A DNA stretch of 64,000 nt from Candidatus Pacearchaeota archaeon. Its GTDB lineage: Archaea > Nanobdellota > Nanobdellia > Pacearchaeales > GW2011-AR1. This document shows positions 9,569 through 19,673 of the stretch, piece after piece. Under the pieces are notes generated by a model that saw only the letters and a program-made list of their open reading frames with translations, was not told the DNA's origin and did not search any database. The stretch lies in contig JBBACR010000001.1 of assembly GCA_041656875.1 (NCBI GenBank), forward strand, positions 325,386-389,385. The letters run 5' to 3'. The translations under genes were made by a program, and so were the position numbers. Positions within the stretch are counted from its first letter, which is position 1, and each line of letters begins with the position of its first letter.

Positions 9569-9607
9569 AAAATCAAATATAAACTATATTTGATGTAATA
9601 GCAATAG
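9569..9607 (-). promoter_or_regulatory. Class I host-type promoter (divergent copy)
   Basis: CTATTGCTATTAC...TATATTTGATTTT upstream of the T9SS gene. Confidence 0.7.
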
Positions 9608-9632
9608 AAAATGAAATTATTTTCAAAAAAAG

Positions 9633-10445
9633 TTAAAATAATGTTACAGATTTTTCAACAAGTTTTTTTCCTTCAGTTATTTTTGCAAATTCTTTGATAA
9701 TTTTACGGAATTCTTCTGGAATTATTCGCAAAACGCGTTCTGCTAATTCATTAGGCAATTTTTCATAAAACACATATGCAAGGCCACAAGCAATTGCAGC
9801 CAATGTATCGGTATCTCCACCATGCATAATGCTTTCTCTAAGTACTTCGGTAAAATCATTTCCAGTAAAGAAACAATTGAATGCTTCATGAACACCTGTT
9901 ATCGAATGTAAAGAATTTTTACGTGTATCAACATCACCTGGTTTTTTGTATTCATAACCATATGTTGATTTCAACATTTTGTACAATTCAGATTTATCTT
10001 TGCAAGTTCGCGCCATGAATGTTACATGAGCAAGTTGCATTACAGCGTCAAGCGAATCTGTATGATTATGTGTGCATGATGATTGTTTTACAGCTTGTCT
10101 TAAAACTGTTGGCAAATCGTTGTAAAATAACGGAATTGATAACCCACGCATTGCTGAACCATTTCCATAGCTGTTGTACGCAGCTCTATCACCGGCAGTA
10201 TTTGCCCATTTTGTAAACATTCCGCCGTATCCCATTCTTGGGTATTTTCTAGCATATTTTTGAATCATCATATCAAATGGACGGTTTTTCAATAAAGCTT
10301 CAGAAACAGCCAATGTTAAAATTGTATCATCTGTAAAACGATTTGCCTTTGTTATAAATTTGAACTCTGGGCTGATATCAGTTTTCCATTCCTTTGTTGA
10401 CCCAACAACATCGCCGATTACAGCGCCAAGTAAAAAGTATTTCAT
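9633..10445 (-). CDS. ADP-ribosylglycohydrolase
   Basis: GAVIGDVVG, FTDDT, SYGNGSAMR, THNH, GGDTDT motifs. Confidence 0.93.
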   Translation of the reverse strand: MKYFLLGAVIGDVVGSTKEWKTDISPEFKFITKANRFTDDTILTLAVSEALLKNRPFDMMIQKYARKYPRMGYGGMFTKWANTAGDRAAYNSYGNGSAMRGLSIPLFYNDLPTVLRQAVKQSSCTHNHTDSLDAVMQLAHVTFMARTCKDKSELYKMLKSTYGYEYKKPGDVDTRKNSLHSITGVHEAFNCFFTGNDFTEVLRESIMHGGDTDTLAAIACGLAYVFYEKLPNELAERVLRIIPEEFRKIIKEFAKITEGKKLVEKSVTLF

Positions 10446-10446
10446 G

Positions 10447-10761
10447 TTATGCCATTTGTTTTTTTAATTCAGCAATTCTTTTTTCTAAATTTTCTATAGT
10501 ATTTTGCAGTTCAACATTATCCTTGAATGCGTCAACCGTAATTATTTGTAATCCTTGATATAATTTTGTAGCGGATTCATTAATATGTTTCAACGCTGTT
10601 TTTTTGGTTCCTAATAAATTTGAACTAATGAAAGGGTCAATCCCAACTCGAACGCGTTCTTTATAAACAGTATCAATACAGTATGTATCTTGTAACGTTA
10701 ATTTAATGTTATTTGCGATAATTGGTGTTCTTAATGTTTTGTTATGTTGTTGTAGTAACAA
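10447..10761 (-). CDS. Hypothetical protein
   Basis: 104 aa, C-terminal coiled coil; start uncertain. Confidence 0.55.
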   Translation of the reverse strand: MLLQQHNKTLRTPIIANNIKLTLQDTYCIDTVYKERVRVGIDPFISSNLLGTKKTALKHINESATKLYQGLQIITVDAFKDNVELQNTIENLEKRIAELKKQMA

Positions 10762-10975
10762 TTTTCACAATTCAACGTCAACATCTTTTTTATTACGTTC
10801 AGCATAAATTTTATGCACGATATCATAAAATGCAGCGGTAAATGTATCGTGACAAATAATTACAAGTGGTTTTGACCTGCGACCGTCTGCAATTGGAAAT
10901 TTTAACGATAAATTCATTCTTGATGAATTTTTTGCAATTGATGTTTTATCGCCATAAATTTTATGCACCCAAATT

Positions 10976-11194
10976 TTACCGTTTTTTTTCAGTAAATACC
11001 CATTTTACAGATTTTGTTTTGATTGTAGTATCTTCCATTTCAATAGTTGTACTGATGTTTTTCCATTTATTTGCAGGAATCAACGTTACATGCAAACCAA
11101 TTGCTTTTGCGTAGTTAAAAGCACCAGTTTCTCTAAAAAGTTCAAAATCTTTTAAATAAGATTGACGGATTTTTGGATTTTCAATTATTGTCAT
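10976..11194 (-). CDS. Hypothetical early protein
   Basis: First ORF after a class I promoter. Confidence 0.6.
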   Translation of the reverse strand: MTIIENPKIRQSYLKDFELFRETGAFNYAKAIGLHVTLIPANKWKNISTTIEMEDTTIKTKSVKWVFTEKKR

Positions 11195-11228
11195 AAGTAG
11201 TGATTTTTAATGTTTTTATCAATTAATT

Positions 11229-11267
11229 AAAATCAAATATACAACATTTATGATGCAATAGCAATAG
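11229..11267 (-). promoter_or_regulatory. Class I host-type promoter (Bacteroidota -33/-7)
   Basis: CTATTGCTATTGCATCATAAATGTTGTATATTTGATTTT. Confidence 0.85.
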
Positions 11268-11276
11268 TTTTGGCAA

Positions 11277-12197
11277 TTATTTTTGATAAATTTCGTGAAC
11301 TACAATTTTCATTTTTGCAATATCTTGCGAAACGATTCTTAAAGCTTCATCTCGATTATTTTTTTCAGGATACTCTCTTACGCATTCATCACCAATCCAT
11401 AACATTGCTTTATATGAACGGCTTTTCACAACGTCTTCAACCGTTACATTTAATTTCACAATATCATTTGAAACAATTACATCATCCTCAACAACTTTCG
11501 GTTGTTCATTGTTTACTGTATTAAATGATACGTCCAATGTTTTCTTTTGTTGTTCTAATCTTTGCGTTCTGAGATTTTCATCAATATCATCTTGATTAAG
11601 ACCAAGTTGTCCGTATAAACTTGCAGATTCAACCTTGACTGGGATTCCTTTATAATCAATACATGCTTTTTCATAAATATTCAAATCTTCAACATCTGGT
11701 AACAATGTATCTGAATCAAAGCCATCAACTTTTGATAAATAATACTTTATGACATGATACATATCAGGTCCAACAACGAATTTACAACGTTTATCGAAAA
11801 CATCATACATTCTTTTGTACTCTAACTTTGCAACTTCGCCTACTGTGTTTGCGATACGATATTTTAAAATGGTTTTTATAGACATATACATTCTATATCC
11901 AATTGTTGATTTTGGAAATTTGTCTTTAACTATAAACGAATAGCTATTCTCGCTTCCTTCAATCAATCGCGTACATGTTCCATTTTTATGAAACTTATAA
12001 ATAGAATATGGCAAAGTTACAATATCTCGTACTTTTATAATATAGTCATCCGAATAAGTCCATGGCATATTCAGTATGTGCGCATAAAAGCTATAAATTA
12101 ATGAACTTTTTAATATGTGTAATTCAATACTTCTATTCGTTGCTGCTTGTCTGTACAATTCTGTTCCGTATACTGTCATATTCTTAATTGTTTTCAA
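11277..12197 (-). CDS. Hypothetical protein
   Basis: 306 aa ORF. Confidence 0.7.
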   Translation of the reverse strand: MKTIKNMTVYGTELYRQAATNRSIELHILKSSLIYSFYAHILNMPWTYSDDYIIKVRDIVTLPYSIYKFHKNGTCTRLIEGSENSYSFIVKDKFPKSTIGYRMYMSIKTILKYRIANTVGEVAKLEYKRMYDVFDKRCKFVVGPDMYHVIKYYLSKVDGFDSDTLLPDVEDLNIYEKACIDYKGIPVKVESASLYGQLGLNQDDIDENLRTQRLEQQKKTLDVSFNTVNNEQPKVVEDDVIVSNDIVKLNVTVEDVVKSRSYKAMLWIGDECVREYPEKNNRDEALRIVSQDIAKMKIVVHEIYQK

Positions 12198-12549
12198 TTA
12201 TAATTCCTAATGCTTTAGACAAAACCCGTTCTGTTAATGAATCAAAATCAGGTAATTCCAATTCATCATTTGTTTTGACTTTTATTGTTTTAAATGCAAC
12301 GCCATCAGCATCAAGTATTTCCATGCGATAAAATATTTCATCTCGTACATTAACACCAACTTCATAAGTTACAGTAAAGTCATTACTTAATTCATAAACT
12401 GCTTTAATTTTATGCGCATTTTTTGCAACAATTGATGCGGCTGTTATTTCGATTTTTTCATCAAAGAAAAAGTTTTCAATAACATCAATTTCTTCTGCTG
12501 CATTTATAATATGTTCGCATGAACTGCTTATGCTTATATTTAATTCCAT
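12184..12549 (-). CDS. Hypothetical acidic protein
   Basis: 121 aa, strongly D/E-rich. Confidence 0.65.
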   Translation of the reverse strand: MELNISISSSCEHIINAAEEIDVIENFFFDEKIEITAASIVAKNAHKIKAVYELSNDFTVTYEVGVNVRDEIFYRMEILDADGVAFKTIKVKTNDELELPDFDSLTERVLSKALGIIIENN

Positions 12550-12550
12550 T

Positions 12551-13087
12551 CTAACGTTTTTTAGGGTTCATTACATTGTCTAATGATAAATTGGCAGATT
12601 CCTTTGTTTTAAAGAAATTGTTTGTTCTTTTACGATACGTTGTTTTATAATCGTCAGAAACGTAAGTATCTTGACAAACTTTACCACTAGAATTGATAAA
12701 CCAATAAAAAGTTGGTATATGAATATTATCTTCGATAACAGTGCATATTACCTTAGTTCCATTTTTAAGTGAATACTTATGAGGAACACCAGGCGTTGTT
12801 GATTGCAATACTTCTTGAACAATAAGTGCTGTTTTTTCACCTATTCCATTACCTATTACTTTAACCTTGTCAGGTCTTAAGTAAACAGAATCGCCTTTTT
12901 TATATTTTGGCATTGCAAATTCAACAAAGAAATGTGGTTCTTTTGTTGGGTCAAACATGCATGGTGCTGATGTTGTGTTCCAGTACCATACGCCTACACC
13001 TCTATCTGATACCATGTCTCCTACGTTATATCCGCCAGGAAATTTTGATTTTAAAATAAATGTTCTTACTTGTGGCATATCTTTCAA
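12551..13087 (-). CDS. Hypothetical protein
   Basis: 178 aa, downstream of a class II promoter. Confidence 0.65.
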   Translation of the reverse strand: MKDMPQVRTFILKSKFPGGYNVGDMVSDRGVGVWYWNTTSAPCMFDPTKEPHFFVEFAMPKYKKGDSVYLRPDKVKVIGNGIGEKTALIVQEVLQSTTPGVPHKYSLKNGTKVICTVIEDNIHIPTFYWFINSSGKVCQDTYVSDDYKTTYRKRTNNFFKTKESANLSLDNVMNPKKR

Positions 13088-13102
13088 TTTTAAATTTTAT
13101 TT

Positions 13103-13127
13103 TATATACAGAAATTTCAATTAGTTT
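13103..13127 (-). promoter_or_regulatory. Class II promoter
   Basis: AAACT-N12-TGTATATA. Confidence 0.7.
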
Positions 13128-13368
13128 TACTTAATATTTCAAAATTATATGCATGACCTGTTTGTGAGACAACAAATTTAACTTTCATGCCAATATACGG
13201 TTTTATTGATTGCCGTTGCATATATCCTCGGCCGCCTACGTTTTTTGCATCTATTAATACTTGCGGATAACCTTCGCCATCAATTCCTCTTACACTATCA
13301 ATAAAATATGTTACCCCATCATCACCTAATACTGCAGCACTGTAACTGTCTTTTATTATTCCTTCCAT
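13117..13368 (-). CDS. Hypothetical protein (possible OB/cold-shock-like fold)
   Basis: 83 aa; GMKVKFVV...AYN. Confidence 0.55.
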   Translation of the reverse strand: MEGIIKDSYSAAVLGDDGVTYFIDSVRGIDGEGYPQVLIDAKNVGGRGYMQRQSIKPYIGMKVKFVVSQTGHAYNFEILSKTN

Positions 13369-13904
13369 TAAAAAATCACTTTTGCATTTTCGTTTAAATA
13401 TAATTCAGGATCGTAAGAAACATATTGAATTCTTGCAATATCGTGACAATGTTTATCACGAATTCCACCAGCATCAATTGCAAATGCAGCAGATACTTTC
13501 AATTCAGTTTCTTTATAAGTTTCTTTTGTTGCTGTTGTTGGAATCAATACTTTTAAGCCATTTCCTGACGGCGTGATAAAAGCAGCAAAAACGTAATTTA
13601 GTTTTGTTGCTCTTTTTTTCAAATCTTCAACATTTTCAACATGGTCAATGTCAAGACAAATGAATCCATTATATTCAGCCATTCCGTTTATAGAACGGGT
13701 AATGAATTGTCCTGTTGGCGTAAAAAGTGGCAACTTGTATTTAAGGTCCTCTCGTTTTTTCTTATCGGTTTCTTTGAAAATTGGTTCAACAAGATTCTTA
13801 AATTTGCCGTTTTTTATATCAGCAAGAATTTCGGTAATATCTCTATTGCCTGAAGGCGTTGTAACTTTTACAGATGGAAATTCGGAAACAATAAATTTAG
13901 ACAT
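13368..13904 (-). CDS. BT4734-like / VirE N-terminal domain protein
   Basis: K.KLP.FTP.G.F, GFICLDIDH, AFITPSGNGLKV, DIARIQYVSYDP. Confidence 0.9.
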   Translation of the reverse strand: MSKFIVSEFPSVKVTTPSGNRDITEILADIKNGKFKNLVEPIFKETDKKKREDLKYKLPLFTPTGQFITRSINGMAEYNGFICLDIDHVENVEDLKKRATKLNYVFAAFITPSGNGLKVLIPTTATKETYKETELKVSAAFAIDAGGIRDKHCHDIARIQYVSYDPELYLNENAKVIF

Positions 13905-13916
13905 AATAAAAAGTTT

Positions 13917-14486
13917 TTAGTTAATACTTGTTGTTAATTCAATGCCGTTTTTTGCAGATTTATTGCGAATTGTGATTAAATAATCTTTAGCAATATTATA
14001 ATCATCAGTTGCTTTTTTCAATTCGTTTTTGAACCATGCAGAAACATTTGATTTTAATTTTGTTCCTATCGGGACAATATACGTTTTGCCATCAATGATA
14101 CTTTCAAAATATAATTTATGGTCAGCAATGTTTATAAGTTTACCAGGATGCAGAATTATTCGTTTTGATGAATAATAACGAGGTGATAAATAAGTTTCAC
14201 CAATTATTGGAGTGCCAGTAATTGATTGATTTGCAACAGGTTCAGCATATGTTGATTCGTATACAGTAACAATGCCTTTTGCAATATTTTCATCTATAAA
14301 TTTGCAAGTAAAACCGTTTTCATCAACGAATTCTTTTCCTTTTGCTGAACATTTACGAACATGATATGTTTTAACACCTTTCTCGAAAATGGAATCTCGT
14401 ATTTTCATTACTTTTACGAATTTTGCAAACCTTGATATTTCTGAAATATCAAGGACTTTTCCGATTAAATTTTCACCTGTTTCCAT
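13917..14486 (-). CDS. Hypothetical early protein
   Basis: Likely start METGENL just after a class I promoter. Confidence 0.65.
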   Translation of the reverse strand: METGENLIGKVLDISEISRFAKFVKVMKIRDSIFEKGVKTYHVRKCSAKGKEFVDENGFTCKFIDENIAKGIVTVYESTYAEPVANQSITGTPIIGETYLSPRYYSSKRIILHPGKLINIADHKLYFESIIDGKTYIVPIGTKLKSNVSAWFKNELKKATDDYNIAKDYLITIRNKSAKNGIELTTSIN

Positions 14487-14507
14487 AAATTTGTTTATCA
14501 ATTAATT

Positions 14508-14546
14508 AAAATCAAATATACAACATTTTTTGTGCAATAGCAATGG
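14508..14546 (-). promoter_or_regulatory. Class I host-type promoter
   Basis: Copy of the 39-bp motif. Confidence 0.85.
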
Positions 14547-14704
14547 TTTTCTTGATTATTTTATAACGAATCAACCAAATTTCTAATGTCTTCTCTATTC
14601 TTCATAGATTCGGACGGGTAAACTGGCGTAAACAAAATATGTAAAAATTGAATAAGAAGGATTGCAATAAGGCAACAACCGATAAATAAATCTTCCATAT
14701 TATT

Positions 14705-15286
14705 TTAGTTTCTAAGTTTTAACATTTCTCTGCGGTGTGCAACAAATTCAGATGGTTTCATATTGTCACAATCAATATCACCATGGTAATAACTCCAGCA
14801 TTCAAATGATGGTCGAATTGTTATGTATTCTTCTAATCCTTCTTTGACAAATTCATCAATTTTTGCTAGCATCAATTCCTCGTTTTTTTCGATTGCACTC
14901 GGATTATTTATTATGTTTATTTTATGGCATTCCCACGTTCCTTTTGAATGTATTAATGAATCAGCATTAATTGTTGGGTCATTTAAATGACTTGGTGCAA
15001 GATTTTTACAATCATCAATTGCAATCATCCATCTTTGGAATTCAGATATAAGCCATTGAAGTTTTTGGAACTTATCAGAACAAAAAGTATTTGAAATTTC
15101 ATTAGATAAATCCATGAAATTGTCTTTTGAGTTAGGTTTGAATGACATTTCAAAACAAGTCCATAAAGAACCATTCAATAATCTTTTACTTGCATCGTTT
15201 TTTATGTAATCTTGTTTTCGAGTAAGAACTAATGCATTCGGTATTGAGTATTGCAAATCAATTCTGAAGTTTACTTTTGTTTTCAT
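14705..15286 (-). CDS. Hypothetical protein
   Basis: ~193 aa ORF, likely start MKTKV. Confidence 0.65.
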   Translation of the reverse strand: MKTKVNFRIDLQYSIPNALVLTRKQDYIKNDASKRLLNGSLWTCFEMSFKPNSKDNFMDLSNEISNTFCSDKFQKLQWLISEFQRWMIAIDDCKNLAPSHLNDPTINADSLIHSKGTWECHKINIINNPSAIEKNEELMLAKIDEFVKEGLEEYITIRPSFECWSYYHGDIDCDNMKPSEFVAHRREMLKLRN

Positions 15287-15288
15287 AA

Positions 15289-15483
15289 TTAGCAATTTTG
15301 TTTAAAGTTAGACATTATAACTGCAATTTCGGATAATGTATTAGATAACTCATTACATGTAAGATACTGATTAGCATCATTTACATATTCTAATTCGATT
15401 TCTTCTGCCTTTTCAACGTCATTAAATCCACATTTGTTAAGGTCAAAATTAAAATTCCAAATTATATCTTCTGCTGTAATCAT
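15289..15483 (-). CDS. Small acidic early protein
   Basis: First ORF after a class I promoter. Confidence 0.6.
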   Translation of the reverse strand: MITAEDIIWNFNFDLNKCGFNDVEKAEEIELEYVNDANQYLTCNELSNTLSEIAVIMSNFKQNC

Positions 15484-15505
15484 GTTTTATTTTTATCAAT
15501 TAATT

Positions 15506-15544
15506 AAAATCAAATATACAACATTATTTAAGCAATAGCAATTT
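15506..15544 (-). promoter_or_regulatory. Class I host-type promoter
   Basis: Copy of the 39-bp motif, back-to-back with the class III promoter. Confidence 0.8.
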
Positions 15545-15562
15545 TTTACGATACTTTTTTAT

Positions 15563-15578
15563 GAATATATAAAATAAA
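15563..15578 (+). promoter_or_regulatory. Class III (late-type) promoter
   Basis: GAATATATAAAATAAA 11 nt before the first leader gene; identical copy at 52949-52964 (-). Confidence 0.65.
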
Positions 15579-15589
15579 TTATTAATATT

Positions 15590-15829
15590 ATGGAAAGAAG
15601 AATACCAACAATTGAAGAATTTTCAGCAAAGCCAGAAGAAACTAATGAAGCTGTTGGAACTGTAGACTTACATTTCAAAGCAAAAATGTTCTGTCAAGAA
15701 GTTTTGAAATTAGGAACAAAAAATAACTTATTTGATACTTATATGAAAAGTCATCAAATAAATCCAGATGATTTAAGCGATTTCATGGTAGCAGTTATTG
15801 AAAACATTCAAACAAATTATTTAGTATAA
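15590..15829 (+). CDS. RIP-leader protein
   Basis: MERRIPTIEEFSAKPEETNE. Confidence 0.8.
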   Translation: MERRIPTIEEFSAKPEETNEAVGTVDLHFKAKMFCQEVLKLGTKNNLFDTYMKSHQINPDDLSDFMVAVIENIQTNYLV

Positions 15830-16137
15830 TGAAAAAAAGAATACCCACTTTAGATGAACACATTAATGAATCAAAATTGAATGAATTTTGCACTACTACT
15901 GTTTATAAATTCTCTGGCTCTGCTTCTCAATGGAATGAATTGCTTAAACTTTTAGATAAACTTGAGAATAAGAAAGAATTGGCATATGATTCCGAAGATT
16001 TACCGTATGGTGCACAATCATTTGCAGTATTCGATATTTTGCCAAAAAAACCTGAGACAGTTAATTGTCATATCATAGATTTAGAAACATTAATTCCAAA
16101 AGACTTAATGAAATTTATTTCACCAATATCAAAATAA
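15829..16137 (+). CDS. RIP-leader protein
   Basis: MKKRIPTLDEHINESKLNE. Confidence 0.8.
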   Translation: MKKRIPTLDEHINESKLNEFCTTTVYKFSGSASQWNELLKLLDKLENKKELAYDSEDLPYGAQSFAVFDILPKKPETVNCHIIDLETLIPKDLMKFISPISK

Positions 16138-16145
16138 TAAGATAA

Positions 16146-17255
16146 ATGAAAAATAGAATACCTACGTTTGATGATTTTTTATTCGAAAGAACACCAGATA
16201 AAATTCCACATCCAAAACATAAATGGTTTGAAGTTAATCCAAAAGATTATGACGATTTGGAAGATGATTTTTATAAATTGATTCAAACTGCATATAAAGA
16301 TGTTCCTGGCGGTCACTTGAAAGTTCAAAAACCAGATGACGTATTTGATGCTGGATGGACTTATTGGGTTGCAATGGATAATGATAATAATCCCGATTTT
16401 AATGTTGTGAAAGGTTATAAAGTAACACCATACGGTTATAAATCAGCAGTTGCAGGTCATGATGTTACAAAGGTATCAAAAACTGATTATCTTACTAAAT
16501 TTGCTGAAGATATGAGCAAACCTGGTAAATACGCTGAGGTTTCTGAAAAACTAGCAGAAATTCTTATCAATAAATATCATGTTCATATTGTATCAAATCC
16601 CGATGCAATTAAAGCAGTACTTGGTAAAAGCGATGTTGTGTTTTATGGCAAAAATCCTGAGAATCCTTCAATGCCTGGTGATGGATGGTATACACGAAAA
16701 ATTGCAGGCGGCGTTCATGCAAAAATATTAGTAGGAAAACCTATTGTACAGGAATCTGTTACAGAAGGACTTGATAACGGTAAACCTACCGTTTTAGTTC
16801 TTCACGGATATGAATCATCAGTATATCCTCCAAGATTAAAAGTATTATCTGCAGATTATAATTTATTAACGCCTGAAATGGATTATGACCATAACCAAGG
16901 ATTGTTTGAAAAAACATACCAAACGTATAAAAATGCAAATATTGATTTAATAGTCGGTTCATCAATGGGCGGATACTTTGGATATTATTTAGCATCATTA
17001 CTTGATGTTCCTGCTTTATTATTCAATCCCGCGGTAATCGAAACAACATCAGGCATCAAAAAACAAGAAGTTCGAAAAGGCAAATATAATCCTGCAATTT
17101 ATGTTGTTTCAGGCAAAGATGATGATATCGTTATTTCATGGAAACTTAAACAATGGTTTAAGGAAAACGCAAGAAACTATGAATTTATTACTGAAAACAT
17201 GGGACATCGCCCTTCCGATGAAACTTATATAAAATATGTTAAAAAATATGTATAA
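16146..17255 (+). CDS. RIP-leader two-domain protein with C-terminal YqiA/YcfP-like alpha/beta hydrolase
   Basis: MKNRIPTFDDFLFE; LHGYES, VGSSMGG nucleophile elbow, LFNPA, DDIV, GH. Confidence 0.85.
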   Translation: MKNRIPTFDDFLFERTPDKIPHPKHKWFEVNPKDYDDLEDDFYKLIQTAYKDVPGGHLKVQKPDDVFDAGWTYWVAMDNDNNPDFNVVKGYKVTPYGYKSAVAGHDVTKVSKTDYLTKFAEDMSKPGKYAEVSEKLAEILINKYHVHIVSNPDAIKAVLGKSDVVFYGKNPENPSMPGDGWYTRKIAGGVHAKILVGKPIVQESVTEGLDNGKPTVLVLHGYESSVYPPRLKVLSADYNLLTPEMDYDHNQGLFEKTYQTYKNANIDLIVGSSMGGYFGYYLASLLDVPALLFNPAVIETTSGIKKQEVRKGKYNPAIYVVSGKDDDIVISWKLKQWFKENARNYEFITENMGHRPSDETYIKYVKKYV

Positions 17256-17607
17256 AAGAATACCAACATTTGATGAACATGTAAATGAAGGCACATGGAA
17301 TAATGAAAAATATGGTTTCAGAATATCGAAATTTTTAGAACAGCATACAGGTAAAAACCTAACAGGCGAAATGAAAGTTCAAATTATTTTTAACGATTTT
17401 TTCAAAGCAAGTACTTATGAATATGCTAATAATTTATTATTGTGTTCAAGAATCGAAGGTTACATTAAATCGTATAAAATTCTTGAACATGATAGATTGA
17501 TAGGCAGTTACAGAAATATATTTATTGTAGATGTTGATGTAATTAAATGGTACGAATTTTTACGCAAACTAGATGATGGTCATTTAGATAACTTTAAAAT
17601 ATTATAA
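17248..17607 (+). CDS. RIP-leader protein
   Basis: Start moved to ATG 17248: MYKRIPTFDEHVNE. Confidence 0.8.
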   Translation: MYKRIPTFDEHVNEGTWNNEKYGFRISKFLEQHTGKNLTGEMKVQIIFNDFFKASTYEYANNLLLCSRIEGYIKSYKILEHDRLIGSYRNIFIVDVDVIKWYEFLRKLDDGHLDNFKIL

Positions 17608-17610
17608 GAA

Positions 17611-17883
17611 ATGAAAAAGAGAATACCAACATTTGATGAACATGTAAACGAAGGCATATTGCAAAGTTTTATTGATTTGTTCAAGAAAAAACCTGATGTA
17701 AGTACATGGACGCCACCAGAATTTAAAATTGAAGCAACATTAAAAAAGATTTTAACTGACGATGGCTGGACAAACTTAGGACGTGATGAAGAAGGCCGAC
17801 TAATCGGAAACAATACAAAGTACGGCGGTAATGGATTAGATGTTATCGAAACAATGCGTGATGAAAAAAAATTAAACTTCTAA
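17611..17883 (+). CDS. RIP-leader protein
   Basis: MKKRIPTFDEHVNE. Confidence 0.8.
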   Translation: MKKRIPTFDEHVNEGILQSFIDLFKKKPDVSTWTPPEFKIEATLKKILTDDGWTNLGRDEEGRLIGNNTKYGGNGLDVIETMRDEKKLNF

Positions 17884-17884
17884 T

Positions 17885-18658
17885 ATGAAAACCAGAATTC
17901 CATCTTTTGATGATTTCTTATTTGAATCTAATGATAGAATCATTACATTATATCATGGGACGGCTTCTGGGAAATTATCATCTATAAAGCTTAACGGACT
18001 TGATACTAATGCAGAAACAAATCAAAAAACGCATGGCTTTAATACAAGTAATCAAATTTCATTAAGCTTTAATTATTCTGATGCATATTATTATGGTTCA
18101 TTATTTGTTAAAACAAACGAACCAGTTACTGTTTTGATAATTAAACTTCCGTATTCGTATATAGCAGGAAAAGGGCTTTCGTTAAACGAAGTTCTTGTTA
18201 AACAAAATATATCATCAAAATACATAATAGGTGCATATAAAGACAAAGATATCGTAAAATTAGATAAATTGTCAACAAATGAAACATATGTAAATCCTGA
18301 TATGCTATCAACAAGTGATTTGCAACATTATAAGTCGCATTATAAAATTAACGAATCAATTGATGCCTTAGAAAAGATGGGGATCCAAGCAGATCCTGAC
18401 AAACCTTCAATATTCTTATATACGATATATCGTACGCCAAGTTCCGATGAAATTAAGGAATTTGAAAATTATCCGCAACTTACAGCTGATGAAATATTGA
18501 ACGGTTTTTGTTATACATGCATTGGCAGAGGAATTACGTCAAGTAGAAATATTGCATTAATAAAAGATAGCATAAATATGCTTATTGCTGCATACCCAGA
18601 TGATCCTCGATATACTGAAGCATTAAGAATAAGCGATGAATTAAAACCTAAATTTTAA
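17885..18658 (+). CDS. RIP-leader protein with putative H-Y-E-type ADP-ribosyltransferase domain plus a second domain
   Basis: MKTRIPSFDDFLFE; LYHGT......IK.NGL, ISLS....A..Y, NEV..KQNI...YI. Confidence 0.65.
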   Translation: MKTRIPSFDDFLFESNDRIITLYHGTASGKLSSIKLNGLDTNAETNQKTHGFNTSNQISLSFNYSDAYYYGSLFVKTNEPVTVLIIKLPYSYIAGKGLSLNEVLVKQNISSKYIIGAYKDKDIVKLDKLSTNETYVNPDMLSTSDLQHYKSHYKINESIDALEKMGIQADPDKPSIFLYTIYRTPSSDEIKEFENYPQLTADEILNGFCYTCIGRGITSSRNIALIKDSINMLIAAYPDDPRYTEALRISDELKPKF

Positions 18659-18861
18659 AACATTACTTCATAAATTGTTTTACCTTTTTCTGTAATTTCC
18701 CATTCGTTTTTCTCATTGCATACAGCAAGTCCTAAATGAACCATTTTTTGCAATGCTAAAATTATATCTTCTTCAGAAATATTTTCAATAATCGGAAGCT
18801 CATGAAAGATTTTTTCTTTTATGAGCTTCGTGTATATTATGCTTACTTGTTTATCATTCAT
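18655..18861 (-). CDS. Small winged-helix-like protein
   Basis: ALQKMVHLGL....WEITEKGK pattern. Confidence 0.55.
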   Translation of the reverse strand: MNDKQVSIIYTKLIKEKIFHELPIIENISEEDIILALQKMVHLGLAVCNEKNEWEITEKGKTIYEVMF

Positions 18862-19625
18862 ATTAATTGTCCTTTCTTATTAAATACCATGTATCTAAAT
18901 TTTATGCCCGATTTTAGTACAGCAGCCATTTTTAACGCATTTATATCTTCATTTTTTTGAAATGTCCATTCTGATTTAACTTCAATTATAGTATGCAAAG
19001 ACTTGATATAAATATCTGGCACATATAAATGCTTTTTTTCATTACACACATAAAAAATATTGCCAAGTTCTTTGCGTATAGCTTTTCCTCCTATTATTAT
19101 ATCTTCTTCATTATAAGATAACAGCAATAATAAAATTGCTTTATTTTCGTATCCTTGCGTTTTCACAACAGCGCCTGACGGCAATATGAATTTATGCCAT
19201 TTATATCGACCTCCGTAATTCAAAGCATCTGCCCTTTTTATTTTGTTCTCCTCTATACTATTGTATAATAATAATTTTTGTGATAAATTCTCTCGCCATT
19301 TTGCGTTATGTGATACAGCTTTCATAGATTCTGAAACGCGTGCACGAAGTTCATGAGTCCATCTATTTGGATCCTTAAGATGTATTTCCATTTTTTCTTT
19401 GTACATTGGATCTTCATATTTTTTTTTCATACTGCAATTTCGCGAACACGCAACTCTCCTATATGGCGTAAACATTTTACCGCATATCGGGCAAGCAATA
19501 TCTTGCAATTTATTTTTTTGTATTCTTGCTTTGCCAATGCAAGAACGGGAACAAAATTGTGCACTTTTTTTATTTGTTTTGAATTCTTTGTTACATACCG
19601 AACAATTTTTAATATATGTTGTCAT
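18858..19625 (-). CDS. Free-standing endonuclease: Zn fingers plus PD-(D/E)XK domain
   Basis: CxxC/CSRSC repeats; QGYE; YVPDIYI....IIEVKS.WT; paralog of 39008..39850. Confidence 0.8.
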   Translation of the reverse strand: MTTYIKNCSVCNKEFKTNKKSAQFCSRSCIGKARIQKNKLQDIACPICGKMFTPYRRVACSRNCSMKKKYEDPMYKEKMEIHLKDPNRWTHELRARVSESMKAVSHNAKWRENLSQKLLLYNSIEENKIKRADALNYGGRYKWHKFILPSGAVVKTQGYENKAILLLLLSYNEEDIIIGGKAIRKELGNIFYVCNEKKHLYVPDIYIKSLHTIIEVKSEWTFQKNEDINALKMAAVLKSGIKFRYMVFNKKGQLI

Positions 19626-19673
19626 GATTTTTATTTATATATTAAAAGATACGCATTGTTATTTTGAAGTTAT

